A DNA stretch of 64,000 nucleotides, from NCBI GenBank assembly GCA_016176525.1, contig JACOWZ010000003.1, positions 128,001-192,000 of the forward strand. The letters are read 5' to 3'. Made by a program: the position numbers and the translations under genes. Below, piece by piece: positions 1-8,523 of this stretch (position 1 is the first letter of the stretch; each line of letters starts with the position of its first letter). A model generated the notes under the pieces. The model ran no database searches, was not told the origin of the DNA, and saw only the letters and a list, made by a program, of their open reading frames with translations. Origin of the DNA: Candidatus Colwellbacteria bacterium. Lineage in GTDB: Bacteria; Patescibacteriota; Minisyncoccia; UBA6257; Colwellbacteraceae.

Positions 1-1
1 G

Positions 2-463
2 GTAACATTTTCTCCAAAAACAAAAGGCGGAACAACTGCTTTTGATAAAAGAATGATTGCTCGGGCTGCAAAAATAGCCGAATCCAGCTCCGACTGGTGG
101 AGGCAAGTCGGGGCACTTATCGTAAAAAATGGAAAGGTGATATTAGAATCTTTTAACAAACATGTGCCGTCTCAAGATATGCCGTATATAGACGGAGACC
201 CGCGGGATTTCATAGAAGCGGGCAAATCAACCGACATTACAACTGTACTGCACGCCGAGCAGGGCCTTGTTTCGGAGGCGGCAAACCGCGGAATAAGCCT
301 TAAAGGCGCGTCGCTCTATATAACAACATTCCCGTGCGCACTTTGCGCAAAAGCTATAGCTTACGCTGGCGTAAAAAAGTGCTACTTCCGCGAGGGCTGG
401 GCAAACCTAGACGGCGAGAGAATTTTAAAATTAAAGGGCGTAGAAATTATACAAGTAAAATAA
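2..463 (+). CDS. dCMP deaminase (ComEB-like), 5' end truncated by the window
   Basis: HAE and PCxxC zinc motifs (LHAEQ, TFPCALCA); frame is open from position 2. Confidence 0.85.
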   Translation, partial: VTFSPKTKGGTTAFDKRMIARAAKIAESSSDWWRQVGALIVKNGKVILESFNKHVPSQDMPYIDGDPRDFIEAGKSTDITTVLHAEQGLVSEAANRGISLKGASLYITTFPCALCAKAIAYAGVKKCYFREGWANLDGERILKLKGVEIIQVK

Positions 464-464
464 A

Positions 465-486
465 AGGCCTCTCGTTTGAGAGGCTT
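465..486. terminator. Hairpin between convergent genes
   Basis: GGCCTCTC-GTTT-GAGAGGCT stem-loop. Confidence 0.6.
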
Positions 487-495
487 GCCATTTTA

Positions 496-990
496 CTACC
501 CAATCGGGAAGTAGACAGCAGCTGGGTAGAACTTTCGTCTGCTACCGTCTACATCAACAAGCAGTGTTGGCTTTTCGTCTTCCCCCGGAATGCGCGGCAC
601 GATTAAATGCACGTGAGGGTGCATAATTGTGGCGCCGGAGAGTCTTGGATCACCAAAGCGCATACACAAGCCCCCGCCGGTTATATTTAATTTCTCGCGT
701 AGCGCACCGGCAACGCCGAACATATCCAACACATCCCTTTCCTGTATGTCACCCGTCGCATGCCAACGCGGCATAATAAGGAAATGATACTGCGGCGAAT
801 TACCACTCCAGTCCTTTGTCGGGTACTGGTTTTGTACTGCGATCCAACCACCGTGTTCTGCAATAACACGTTCTGGAGCTTGAAACTCCGGCTTACAGAA
901 TGGGCACTCGCCTGTTTTTTGCGCTTCCTGAAGCTTCTCGGCGTACTCTCCGCCGTACTGAACGTTGGCAACTACTGGTTCGTCTCCCGT
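496..990 (-). CDS. HIT-family nucleotide hydrolase, paralog 2; probable ACG start
   Basis: HPHVH triad and C-terminal VYFPIG shared with 1205..1642; frame stays open 72 codons upstream of ATG774 and contains CPFC; AAGGAGG lies 7 nt before an in-frame ACG at 990-988. Confidence 0.75.
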   Translation of the reverse strand, partial: TGDEPVVANVQYGGEYAEKLQEAQKTGECPFCKPEFQAPERVIAEHGGWIAVQNQYPTKDWSGNSPQYHFLIMPRWHATGDIQERDVLDMFGVAGALREKLNITGGGLCMRFGDPRLSGATIMHPHVHLIVPRIPGEDEKPTLLVDVDGSRRKFYPAAVYFPIG

Positions 991-1060
991 GTTTATTCCT
1001 CCTTATATAGAGCTGCTAACAAAATACTAATTATTATGTTAGAATTCAAGTAGATCTTGC

Positions 1061-1180
1061 ATGCAGGTTGTACAACAAATAGCAATGGTGGAGTGCCCGA
1101 CCTGTAGAGACCTTGTCTGTAAGCCGCCGGAGGGGCAAACCGAATGCAATCGTTGTCTCTCACGGAACAAGGGGCGATGA
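1061..1180 (+). CDS. Putative 39-aa zinc-finger microprotein
   Basis: MQVVQQIAMVECPTCRDLVCKPPEGQTECNRCLSRNKGR; two CxxC motifs; TGnTAGAAT upstream and terminator downstream. Confidence 0.45.
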   Translation: MQVVQQIAMVECPTCRDLVCKPPEGQTECNRCLSRNKGR

Positions 1181-1206
1181 ATCGTAAGATTCCGCCCCAT
1201 TTTTTT
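1171..1206 (+). terminator. Intrinsic terminator
   Basis: GGGGCG..AATC-GTAA-GATT..CGCCCC followed by a T run. Confidence 0.65.
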
Positions 1207-1642
1207 ATCCTATCGGGAAATATACTGCTTTAGCTCTGCCGCGCGAAACTTTTGGCACAATTAAGTGAGCGTGGAGATGGCGAACGGTAGCGCCTGTGTG
1301 TGTTGAGTCCCCAAAGCGCATAATAAACCCCCCGCCTTTAATCGAAAATTCTTTTATAACCCACTTAACTAAATAAGAAATATACCGCCAATCATTCGCA
1401 GTCACCTCTTTAAATTGCTCCTTATGTTTCGGCGCAACCATAATAAAGTGATATTTGCTATTTTTATATGGTTGCATGCTCTCGGTAATAATCCAGCCGC
1501 CGCGCACGCGCAATATCGGCTTTTTATGCCACTTAAAATGTTTTGGACAAAAAGGGCAAACACGAGATTCATTAATCTCTGTTAGTACTTCTTTGTAATA
1601 TTCGCTTTTTGCGTAACGCTTGTCTATAAACTTGTTGGCCAT
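1205..1642 (-). CDS. HIT-family protein
   Basis: CPFC motif and HLHAH histidine triad. Confidence 0.85.
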   Translation of the reverse strand: MANKFIDKRYAKSEYYKEVLTEINESRVCPFCPKHFKWHKKPILRVRGGWIITESMQPYKNSKYHFIMVAPKHKEQFKEVTANDWRYISYLVKWVIKEFSIKGGGFIMRFGDSTHTGATVRHLHAHLIVPKVSRGRAKAVYFPIG

Positions 1643-1653
1643 CAGCTATTAAA

Positions 1654-2481
1654 TTATAGCGCAACCGGAATTTTTATAGGCGGGTGCGGGTCGTAGTCTA
1701 AAAGCTCAAAGTCTTCAAATTTAAAGTCAAAAATATTTTTAACGTCGGGGTTAATCTTTACGCGCGGCAGTTTGCGGGGCTCGCGTGTAAGCAACTGCTT
1801 AACTGGTTCAATTTGGTCCAAATATATATGCGTATCGGACAATGTATGAATAAATTCTTTTGGTTTTAGACCCGTAGCCTGCGCTACCATCATCAAAAGA
1901 AGCGTATACTCTGCAATATTAAATGGCACGCCTATAGGCACATCTGCTGATCTCTGGAAAAGATGCAGGCTCAAATTGCCGTTTGAGTGGAAAAACTGGA
2001 AAAAGCAGTGGCATGGTGCGACAAAAACTTTCTCTACATCCACAGGGTTCCAAGAGCTTACAATCCATCTGCGAGAATCCGGATTTTTCTTGAGCCCATC
2101 TATAACCAAAGAGATTTGGTCAATAGGTTTATCTCCCCCGCCATCAAATGCCCTCCACTGTTTGCCGTAAATCGGCCCAAGTTCGCCGGGCGGTAGCCCC
2201 ATTTGTTTGCAAATCTCCGGGGTTGCCCATATGTCCCAAAGTTTTACACCGTGTTTGTTTAAATCTGCCACCTTAGTGGAACCGGATAAAAACCAAAGGA
2301 GCTCATAAACCATCGCTTTCCAAGAACCCTTCATAGAGCGCGTTGTAATTAATGGAAAACCATCATCTAAATTAAAGCGCATCTGGTAGCCACATACACC
2401 GATGTTACCCACACCCTGTGGGTCGGTTTTCTTAGTGCCGTTTTTTAGAACATGCTCAACTAAATCTAAGTATTGCCGCAT
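1654..2481 (-). CDS. thyA: Thymidylate synthase
   Basis: PCH active site, [18 protein letters not shown]. Confidence 0.97.
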   Translation of the reverse strand: MRQYLDLVEHVLKNGTKKTDPQGVGNIGVCGYQMRFNLDDGFPLITTRSMKGSWKAMVYELLWFLSGSTKVADLNKHGVKLWDIWATPEICKQMGLPPGELGPIYGKQWRAFDGGGDKPIDQISLVIDGLKKNPDSRRWIVSSWNPVDVEKVFVAPCHCFFQFFHSNGNLSLHLFQRSADVPIGVPFNIAEYTLLLMMVAQATGLKPKEFIHTLSDTHIYLDQIEPVKQLLTREPRKLPRVKINPDVKNIFDFKFEDFELLDYDPHPPIKIPVAL

Positions 2482-2483
2482 AA

Positions 2484-2858
2484 TTAATTAATACCCAACA
2501 ACGTTTTAACTTTTGAGACAACCTCTTCAAGCTTCCAATTTGTTTTTACCAAAAAGGTAAATACACCATGCCTAATGCCTTCGTCCACACTTGTCGCAGA
2601 AGAAAGGTTAGTAAGAATCACCACTTTAGCGCTTTTACCCCATTCATCTTTTCTTAGTTCCCTTAGCATTGTTATGCCGTCCATTTTTGGCATTATAATA
2701 TCTAAAAGTATTAGATCTGGCTTATTTGACAGCGCATTTTTTAAACCCTCTTCGCCGTTTACGGCCTTTAGCACATTAAAGCCCTCTCGTCCAAACTTCT
2801 CGTATAAAACGTTTAAAAGAGGTAGCTCGTCTTCTACTATTAAAATAGTTTTGTTCAT
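2484..2858 (-). CDS. Single-domain response regulator (receiver only)
   Basis: [20 protein letters not shown], conserved T and K. Confidence 0.93.
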   Translation of the reverse strand: MNKTILIVEDELPLLNVLYEKFGREGFNVLKAVNGEEGLKNALSNKPDLILLDIIMPKMDGITMLRELRKDEWGKSAKVVILTNLSSATSVDEGIRHGVFTFLVKTNWKLEEVVSKVKTLLGIN

Positions 2859-2870
2859 AAGTTAATTATA

Positions 2871-4283
2871 TCAAACCCCCCCCTCCGGCGAAAGTTTTCT
2901 GGTGCCAGATTTTTTCTCCATCCAGTTGACCGGCGCAGATATATAAAATGTAGTGCCTTTGTTTTCGACAGACTCAAACCAAATTCTGCCGGTGGTTTGG
3001 TCAAGAACTGATTTTATTATATACAAACCCAAGCCAGTTCCGCCAGAGTCAATAACACGTGCATTGTCCGCTCTAAAAAGTTTTTGAAATATTTTATTTT
3101 TTTGAGCCTCTGGAATGCCTATGCCCGTGTCCGATACCTTTATTAAAAGTTCTTTTTTGCCGCTCAAAGAAATATCAATATTAACTTTACCGCCTTCTGG
3201 AGTGTATTTAACGGCGTTAGATAATAGGTTTTGTAAGATTATGAGCACTAAATCTTTGTCTGCGGTAATCTTAGGAATCTTTGCACCATAATTTTCTATA
3301 AGCTCAATATTTTTCTTCTTCGCATCTATTCTTATTCCACTGCAAACACCTTTTGCAAAATCTTTAATATCTAATTGTTCCGGCTCCACAGTAAAAGAAC
3401 CTACTTCCAACCGCGACACATTTAGAAGTGCGTTTACAAGCTCAATCATGCGCCTGTTGCCTTCATTTACTTCTTCTAGATATTTCTTCTGGCTGATTGT
3501 TATTTTGCCAACGTCGCCGGAGAGAAGCATTTCTGTATACCAGCTTATTGCCGTAAGCGGGGTCCTTAATTGATGCGATGCTATAGCTATAAAATCTGCC
3601 TTTACTTTCTCAAGCTGAAGTTCTTCTGTAATATCTCTAAATACCAAGACAGCTCCTATTATTTTGCCGCTTAGAAATATCGGCGATACGGCCATATATA
3701 CGGGAAACTTATCTCCATTTCTCTTTTTTAAATATAAAGTGGTTTTTACCGAAACTGGGCCAGAAGAAACCATTTTTTTTAAACTAAAGGCCTTGCTGAT
3801 TAGCCTCTCTTTTTTGGGTAATTCTTTACCGTCTGCATTATATATATTTGTTATAGATAGCCAATTTTTGCCAATCATCTCATTATGCATAAAACCCAAC
3901 AATGTTTCAGCTGTCTCATTTACTTCAATCACATTATTATTTTCATCTATTGCAACAACGCCTTCTCCTATACTCGCCAAGATTGATTTTATTCTGGTGT
4001 TAATTGTTTCCAGCTCAACTTTCGTGATGTCTAGATCTTCTAAAATATTTAAAGCTGCAACTTTCGTATCTTCTAAATCTTTGTTTGCGCTAATCAGAGC
4101 TTGATTTCTTTCGTAGACTGCCTGTCTCGCCTCTTTAATTTCTGCCATAGACTTTTCAAAAGTTCTTGCTTCAGCGCCCAACCTCTCTAGCTTTTCTTTT
4201 AGCTTATTTCTACTTCTCCAAAAAAAGGATAAAATCCCCGCAAAAGCGGCTAAATTAAGCAATACAAATAGCAAAATTTGCAT
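2871..4283 (-). CDS. Membrane-anchored PAS histidine kinase (TM, coiled coil, PAS, HisKA, HATPase)
   Basis: ASHQLRTP H-box, NLLSNAVKY N-box, DTGIG and GTGLG G-boxes. Confidence 0.95.
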   Translation of the reverse strand: MQILLFVLLNLAAFAGILSFFWRSRNKLKEKLERLGAEARTFEKSMAEIKEARQAVYERNQALISANKDLEDTKVAALNILEDLDITKVELETINTRIKSILASIGEGVVAIDENNNVIEVNETAETLLGFMHNEMIGKNWLSITNIYNADGKELPKKERLISKAFSLKKMVSSGPVSVKTTLYLKKRNGDKFPVYMAVSPIFLSGKIIGAVLVFRDITEELQLEKVKADFIAIASHQLRTPLTAISWYTEMLLSGDVGKITISQKKYLEEVNEGNRRMIELVNALLNVSRLEVGSFTVEPEQLDIKDFAKGVCSGIRIDAKKKNIELIENYGAKIPKITADKDLVLIILQNLLSNAVKYTPEGGKVNIDISLSGKKELLIKVSDTGIGIPEAQKNKIFQKLFRADNARVIDSGGTGLGLYIIKSVLDQTTGRIWFESVENKGTTFYISAPVNWMEKKSGTRKLSPEGGV

Positions 4284-4289
4284 ATTCCT

Positions 4290-4661
4290 CTATTTTGCTT
4301 TTAAAAGCTGTGTTTTTACCTTTTCTATAACTTCTTTCAGCGGGTGGTTAGACTTTACAAAATAGTCCGCTGCACCAAGAGCCATTGATTTTTTAATATC
4401 TTCGTCGGTATCTAAGTTTGAAAGTATTATAACCGGCACCGATTTTAACTCTTCATCGTCTTTTATTTCTTTTAACACTTCGTACCCTCCTTTTTTGGGG
4501 AGTAAAAGATCTAAGAGCACGATATCCGGCTTAAATTCTTTGGCAGCTTTAAACGCAGAGCCTCCTTCGTAGACAACTTTTGTCTGATAACCTTCGTGCT
4601 TAAACTTATCGTCTAAGGCATCGGCTAAAGCCGCCTCATCTTCAACTATAAATATCTTCAT
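4290..4661 (-). CDS. Single-domain response regulator
   Basis: IFIVEDE, IVLLDLLLP, ILSN, YFVK. Confidence 0.93.
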   Translation of the reverse strand: MKIFIVEDEAALADALDDKFKHEGYQTKVVYEGGSAFKAAKEFKPDIVLLDLLLPKKGGYEVLKEIKDDEELKSVPVIILSNLDTDEDIKKSMALGAADYFVKSNHPLKEVIEKVKTQLLKAK

Positions 4662-4682
4662 GGGGTTTATTATAGCACGCGC

Positions 4683-6746
4683 CTAAACGTCTGTCTGCCG
4701 CCGTATTTTTTTGATAATATCTTTAGTAATTTGGTCTCTAGCTTTAGTTCGCTCTTCTGTGATTTTTTGCGCTGCCTTTTTACGCTCTGCTTTAAATATC
4801 TTTTCTTTCTCGGCTCTAAGTTTCGCTTGATCGCGCACTTCATCTTCAGCAAGTATTGCCCGCGTTTTTGTGCGTTCTACACGAAGAGCCGCAGACGCCT
4901 TTGCGCGTTCTTTTGCAACCGCAGATGCAACACGGATTTTCGCCGCATGCACTGCCTCATGCGCCCTCTCGCGTACACTCCTTAAAAGTTTTTCTGTTTT
5001 TCGTGCGCGTGCGAGTGCAGCCTTTGCTCTTTCTTTCTCTGCTTTAATTTCGCCTTCGGCCTTGCTCTTTACAGCTTTTAGGCGCGCTTCTTCTAACTTC
5101 TTGTGAGCAGCTATACGCTTTGCTTTTTGATTCTTTAGGCGGGTTAATTCCAGTTTAACTTTTGCGAGCTCTTTTAAGATATCTCTTTCTTTCTTTTTCT
5201 CTTCCATTAAAGCGAATTTGGTTGCTTTATTTACTCCGCTTAGTTTGATTTTTTTCTTTAGCGCAGCAATTTTTGTCTTGGCTCTCTCTTTTTGGCTTGC
5301 AATCAACTTTGACTCTTTCTCTAGCGTTTTAATCGCCTCCCTCGCGCGCTCGCGCGCATCTCTAATCGCGGCTTTTGCTTTATGCCTTGCCTCTGCAATA
5401 CTTTTTTGCTTTTCTTTGGTTTTTTCCGCGAGAAGTTTTTTAACCCTTTCATGCTCTTTTGCAAGCGCAAGTTCCGCCTCTTCTTTCTCTTTCTCTGCCT
5501 GCTCGGCAGCTTTTTTAGCTTCAATAAGCGAAGAGTCGCGCAGGTCGCGCTCAACATGCGTAGATTCGGCAAGTTTTTCTTCTGCAGAAAGCGCTGCCGC
5601 TTCCGCTTTTCTCTTCTCTTCAAATATTGCCTCTTCTGCATCTTTCTTTAGTTTTGCAAGCGTCTCTTCTGCGCGCCTTCTTTCGTCTGCGAGCGCGGTT
5701 TCTGCGCGTTCGCGTTCAATTGCAAGCTTTTCTTCAGCTACCTTTTTCTCAACAAGCGCCGCCTCTGCCATTTGCTTTGCACGCTCTGCCTCCTCTGCTT
5801 TCTTTTTAGCCTCCACTAGGGCCTTGCGAGCTTTTTCTATCTCTGCAGCCGCGGCTTTGGATTTTTTCTTCTCGCGTAAAAGCGCTTCTTGAAGTTTAAC
5901 CTTTTCCCCAAGCACTTCTTCGGTCGAAGTTGCCTTTACCGCTTTCTCCTCTGCGCGCTTTTTCTCAATGGCAATAGAAGCAGTAGTTCTTTTTCTCTCT
6001 TCAACAAGCGCCGCTTCAGCCCGTCTGCGCTCTTCTTTAAGGGCTTCTTCTGCGCGCTTATGCTCTTTTTCAAGCGCTTCTTCTTTGCGCTTAGCTTCTT
6101 CTTCTATTTTTTTGTGTTCTACTTCTCTCTCTGCTTCTGCTCTCTCGCGCTCTTTTGCTGAAGCCTCGGCCGCCCTTGCCCTCTCGGCTTCATGTGCTGC
6201 TTCTCTCTTTCTTCTCTCTTCTGCAAGCGCCTTTGCTGCATGCTTTCGCTCTGCATCAAGTGCTTCGCGAGCTTGGGCCTTTTCTTTTTCGTGCGCAGCT
6301 TCTTCCTCTTTATGGCGTTTTACCTCTAGCGCAGTTTTCGCATCTTCAATATCGGCAGTAGTTGGCAGCTGCACCCCGGCGCGCTCCATTATTTCACTAG
6401 CTTTCTCTACAACTTCTTTCAACGGATGGCTAGCTTTAACAAAATAATCCACAGCGCCCAACCGCAAGGCGCGTTTAATATCTTCATCGTTGCCGAGGTT
6501 TGAGAGCATTATTACATCGGCTTTCTTAAGCTCGTTGTCTCTTTTTAGTTCTTGTAAAACTTCAAAACCGTCTTTTATCGGCAACAGAATATCCAGCAAT
6601 ATAACATCTGGCAAAAAACGCCTTGCAATATCTACAGCCTCGCCGCCATTTTGCGCAATTTCAGCCTCAAAACCACTTGTTATAAATTTATCGCGTAAAG
6701 CTTCGGCGAGCGCAACCTCATCTTCTACAATAAGAACTTTCGCCAT
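4683..6746 (-). CDS. Receiver domain fused to a ~550-aa E/K/A/R coiled coil
   Basis: N-terminal REC (VLIVEDE, ILLDILLP, YFVK) followed by low-complexity charged helical sequence. Confidence 0.85.
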   Translation of the reverse strand: MAKVLIVEDEVALAEALRDKFITSGFEAEIAQNGGEAVDIARRFLPDVILLDILLPIKDGFEVLQELKRDNELKKADVIMLSNLGNDEDIKRALRLGAVDYFVKASHPLKEVVEKASEIMERAGVQLPTTADIEDAKTALEVKRHKEEEAAHEKEKAQAREALDAERKHAAKALAEERRKREAAHEAERARAAEASAKERERAEAEREVEHKKIEEEAKRKEEALEKEHKRAEEALKEERRRAEAALVEERKRTTASIAIEKKRAEEKAVKATSTEEVLGEKVKLQEALLREKKKSKAAAAEIEKARKALVEAKKKAEEAERAKQMAEAALVEKKVAEEKLAIERERAETALADERRRAEETLAKLKKDAEEAIFEEKRKAEAAALSAEEKLAESTHVERDLRDSSLIEAKKAAEQAEKEKEEAELALAKEHERVKKLLAEKTKEKQKSIAEARHKAKAAIRDARERAREAIKTLEKESKLIASQKERAKTKIAALKKKIKLSGVNKATKFALMEEKKKERDILKELAKVKLELTRLKNQKAKRIAAHKKLEEARLKAVKSKAEGEIKAEKERAKAALARARKTEKLLRSVRERAHEAVHAAKIRVASAVAKERAKASAALRVERTKTRAILAEDEVRDQAKLRAEKEKIFKAERKKAAQKITEERTKARDQITKDIIKKIRRQTDV

Positions 6747-6767
6747 ATTTAGATTTTAATTTTACTT

Positions 6768-8504
6768 TTACTTTTCAATTTCACCAATTTGTTCGCCTAT
6801 ATATTTGGCAGAATTTGCCGTGTTTTCTTTAAGGCGCAAAAGCATGGTTTTAATTTCGCGTGCTTCGCGCTCGTCAATCTTTTGGTCGGCATATTTTACC
6901 ATAATAGCGTCAATTTCTTTTTCAACATTCTTAAAGGCATTTACCACATCGCGGCGGGTAATAAACAAATCTCTTGATCTTTTTTCAGAGAGCTTTTTTT
7001 CAAACCAAAAGCCGCCTGCAAATGCCCCAGCAAGGAAAATTATAGCAAGAACAAAAAACCAAGTTTTTGAAATGTCTATGCCAAAGAGAGATAAGAGAGG
7101 CTTGTCTTTAACAGTTATCTTACTTGTTTCTGCAGGCAAGCTCTGCGCACCGCGGGAATCAACTGTGGTTGCAAGTATCACATAATTGCCGCGCCTAATT
7201 GAGGCCTCGCTAAATTCGCCGCTCCAATTTCCGAGCGGGTCAACAGCTACATCTTTTTGCGCCGCTACATCTCCGCGTTCCGAGCGCAGGACAAGGCGCA
7301 CTTTCTCTTCGGCAAGCGCAGTGCCAGCAATGCTAATATTCTGCTCATCTAAAATTACTCTCTCACTAAAAAACGTAATAACAGGAGACTCAATCGGCAA
7401 AATTTCTATATCCAAACTTGCTTCTGTTCTATTGCCTGCGTTATCAACCGCGGCAACAACTATCGTGTGCGCCCCGGGCGGAAGAGGTTTAATTTTATAA
7501 GTTGTTTCGTTGGTGTATTCCACTTCGCCGCCTATCGCACGGATTGCATAGTGTTCTAATCCCGACAAATCGTCGCCAGATTGATAAGTGAGTGTTGGCG
7601 ATGGGTTGTCTGTTACACCATCGACATCTGAACTAATATTGAATTCTACAGGTGGTGCCGTATCTATTGCTATTCTATAGTGTGTTGTGGGGCCCCAGCC
7701 AATATTATTGCGAAAGCGCACATGGAGATACCAAATGCCGTCATCAAGCGGCACAAATTCGCGCGCTTCAAAAAGGCCTTCGGAGGTTACAGGGCTTGAT
7801 GTAGGTATTTTGTTTATCAGCGTATCTACATTTGTTACATCATCTGGTAAGCTCCAAATTGCGGAAAACTTTGATTTTATATTAAACCAGCCCTCGGGGT
7901 CGGGATAAAGCGGCACCTGAACTTCCGGTTTAACAGGCAGATTGCCTGTTGGCACAGCGGGGCGCTCAATTTGCACAGGCGGAGCAACCGGAGAGGGTGT
8001 TACGCCCGGCACAACTTGTGAACCGGCTAAAATATTAACTGTTACACCCTGAAATTCGCGGAGCACATTGGTGCCACTGCCATCCGAGGCAGTTACGGCA
8101 CCATCTAGAAAGGTAATATTGCCTTCTCCGCCGCCCTTAACCCTAAATGTAATATTTAAAACCTGAAGTGACTGGCCGGATTTGCCAGAAGTTGCCCCGC
8201 CAACGAAAGTGACTCTGCCTTCAGTGTTATCAAATGCAGGCTCCTCTAACCAAAAATTAAAAATAGAATCGGTTTTACTCAGACTTGTTACCTCTAAAAT
8301 ACTCGTAGGAAAACTTATTGCAGCTTCGGCAGCGTTCACGCCAATCCCTTCTGAATTTATCTGGACATCAACTGTTATTGTATCCCCAATAGCTGCTGTT
8401 TCTTTGTCAGATGAAAGCTTTAAAATAGCCGCGCTTGCAGTATTTACTCCAAAAAACACTGTAAACGTTGCCGCTACCAAAACTAGTCTTAAAAATTTAT
8501 TCAT
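6768..8504 (-). CDS. Surface protein: signal peptide, cohesin-like domain, Ig-like domains, TM, cytoplasmic helical tail
   Basis: GDTITVDVQINS...VNAAEAAISFPTSILEV...LNITFRVK cohesin-type pattern; TM near the C-terminus. Confidence 0.75.
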   Translation of the reverse strand: MNKFLRLVLVAATFTVFFGVNTASAAILKLSSDKETAAIGDTITVDVQINSEGIGVNAAEAAISFPTSILEVTSLSKTDSIFNFWLEEPAFDNTEGRVTFVGGATSGKSGQSLQVLNITFRVKGGGEGNITFLDGAVTASDGSGTNVLREFQGVTVNILAGSQVVPGVTPSPVAPPVQIERPAVPTGNLPVKPEVQVPLYPDPEGWFNIKSKFSAIWSLPDDVTNVDTLINKIPTSSPVTSEGLFEAREFVPLDDGIWYLHVRFRNNIGWGPTTHYRIAIDTAPPVEFNISSDVDGVTDNPSPTLTYQSGDDLSGLEHYAIRAIGGEVEYTNETTYKIKPLPPGAHTIVVAAVDNAGNRTEASLDIEILPIESPVITFFSERVILDEQNISIAGTALAEEKVRLVLRSERGDVAAQKDVAVDPLGNWSGEFSEASIRRGNYVILATTVDSRGAQSLPAETSKITVKDKPLLSLFGIDISKTWFFVLAIIFLAGAFAGGFWFEKKLSEKRSRDLFITRRDVVNAFKNVEKEIDAIMVKYADQKIDEREAREIKTMLLRLKENTANSAKYIGEQIGEIEK

Positions 8505-8523
8505 AATTCTAATATTAAGTATA

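Noticed and set aside
5218-6447. Long plus-strand Ser/Ala/Phe-rich ORFs (5218..5892, 5968..6447)
   Set aside because: Antisense shadows of the E/K/A/R coiled-coil gene; no independent signals.
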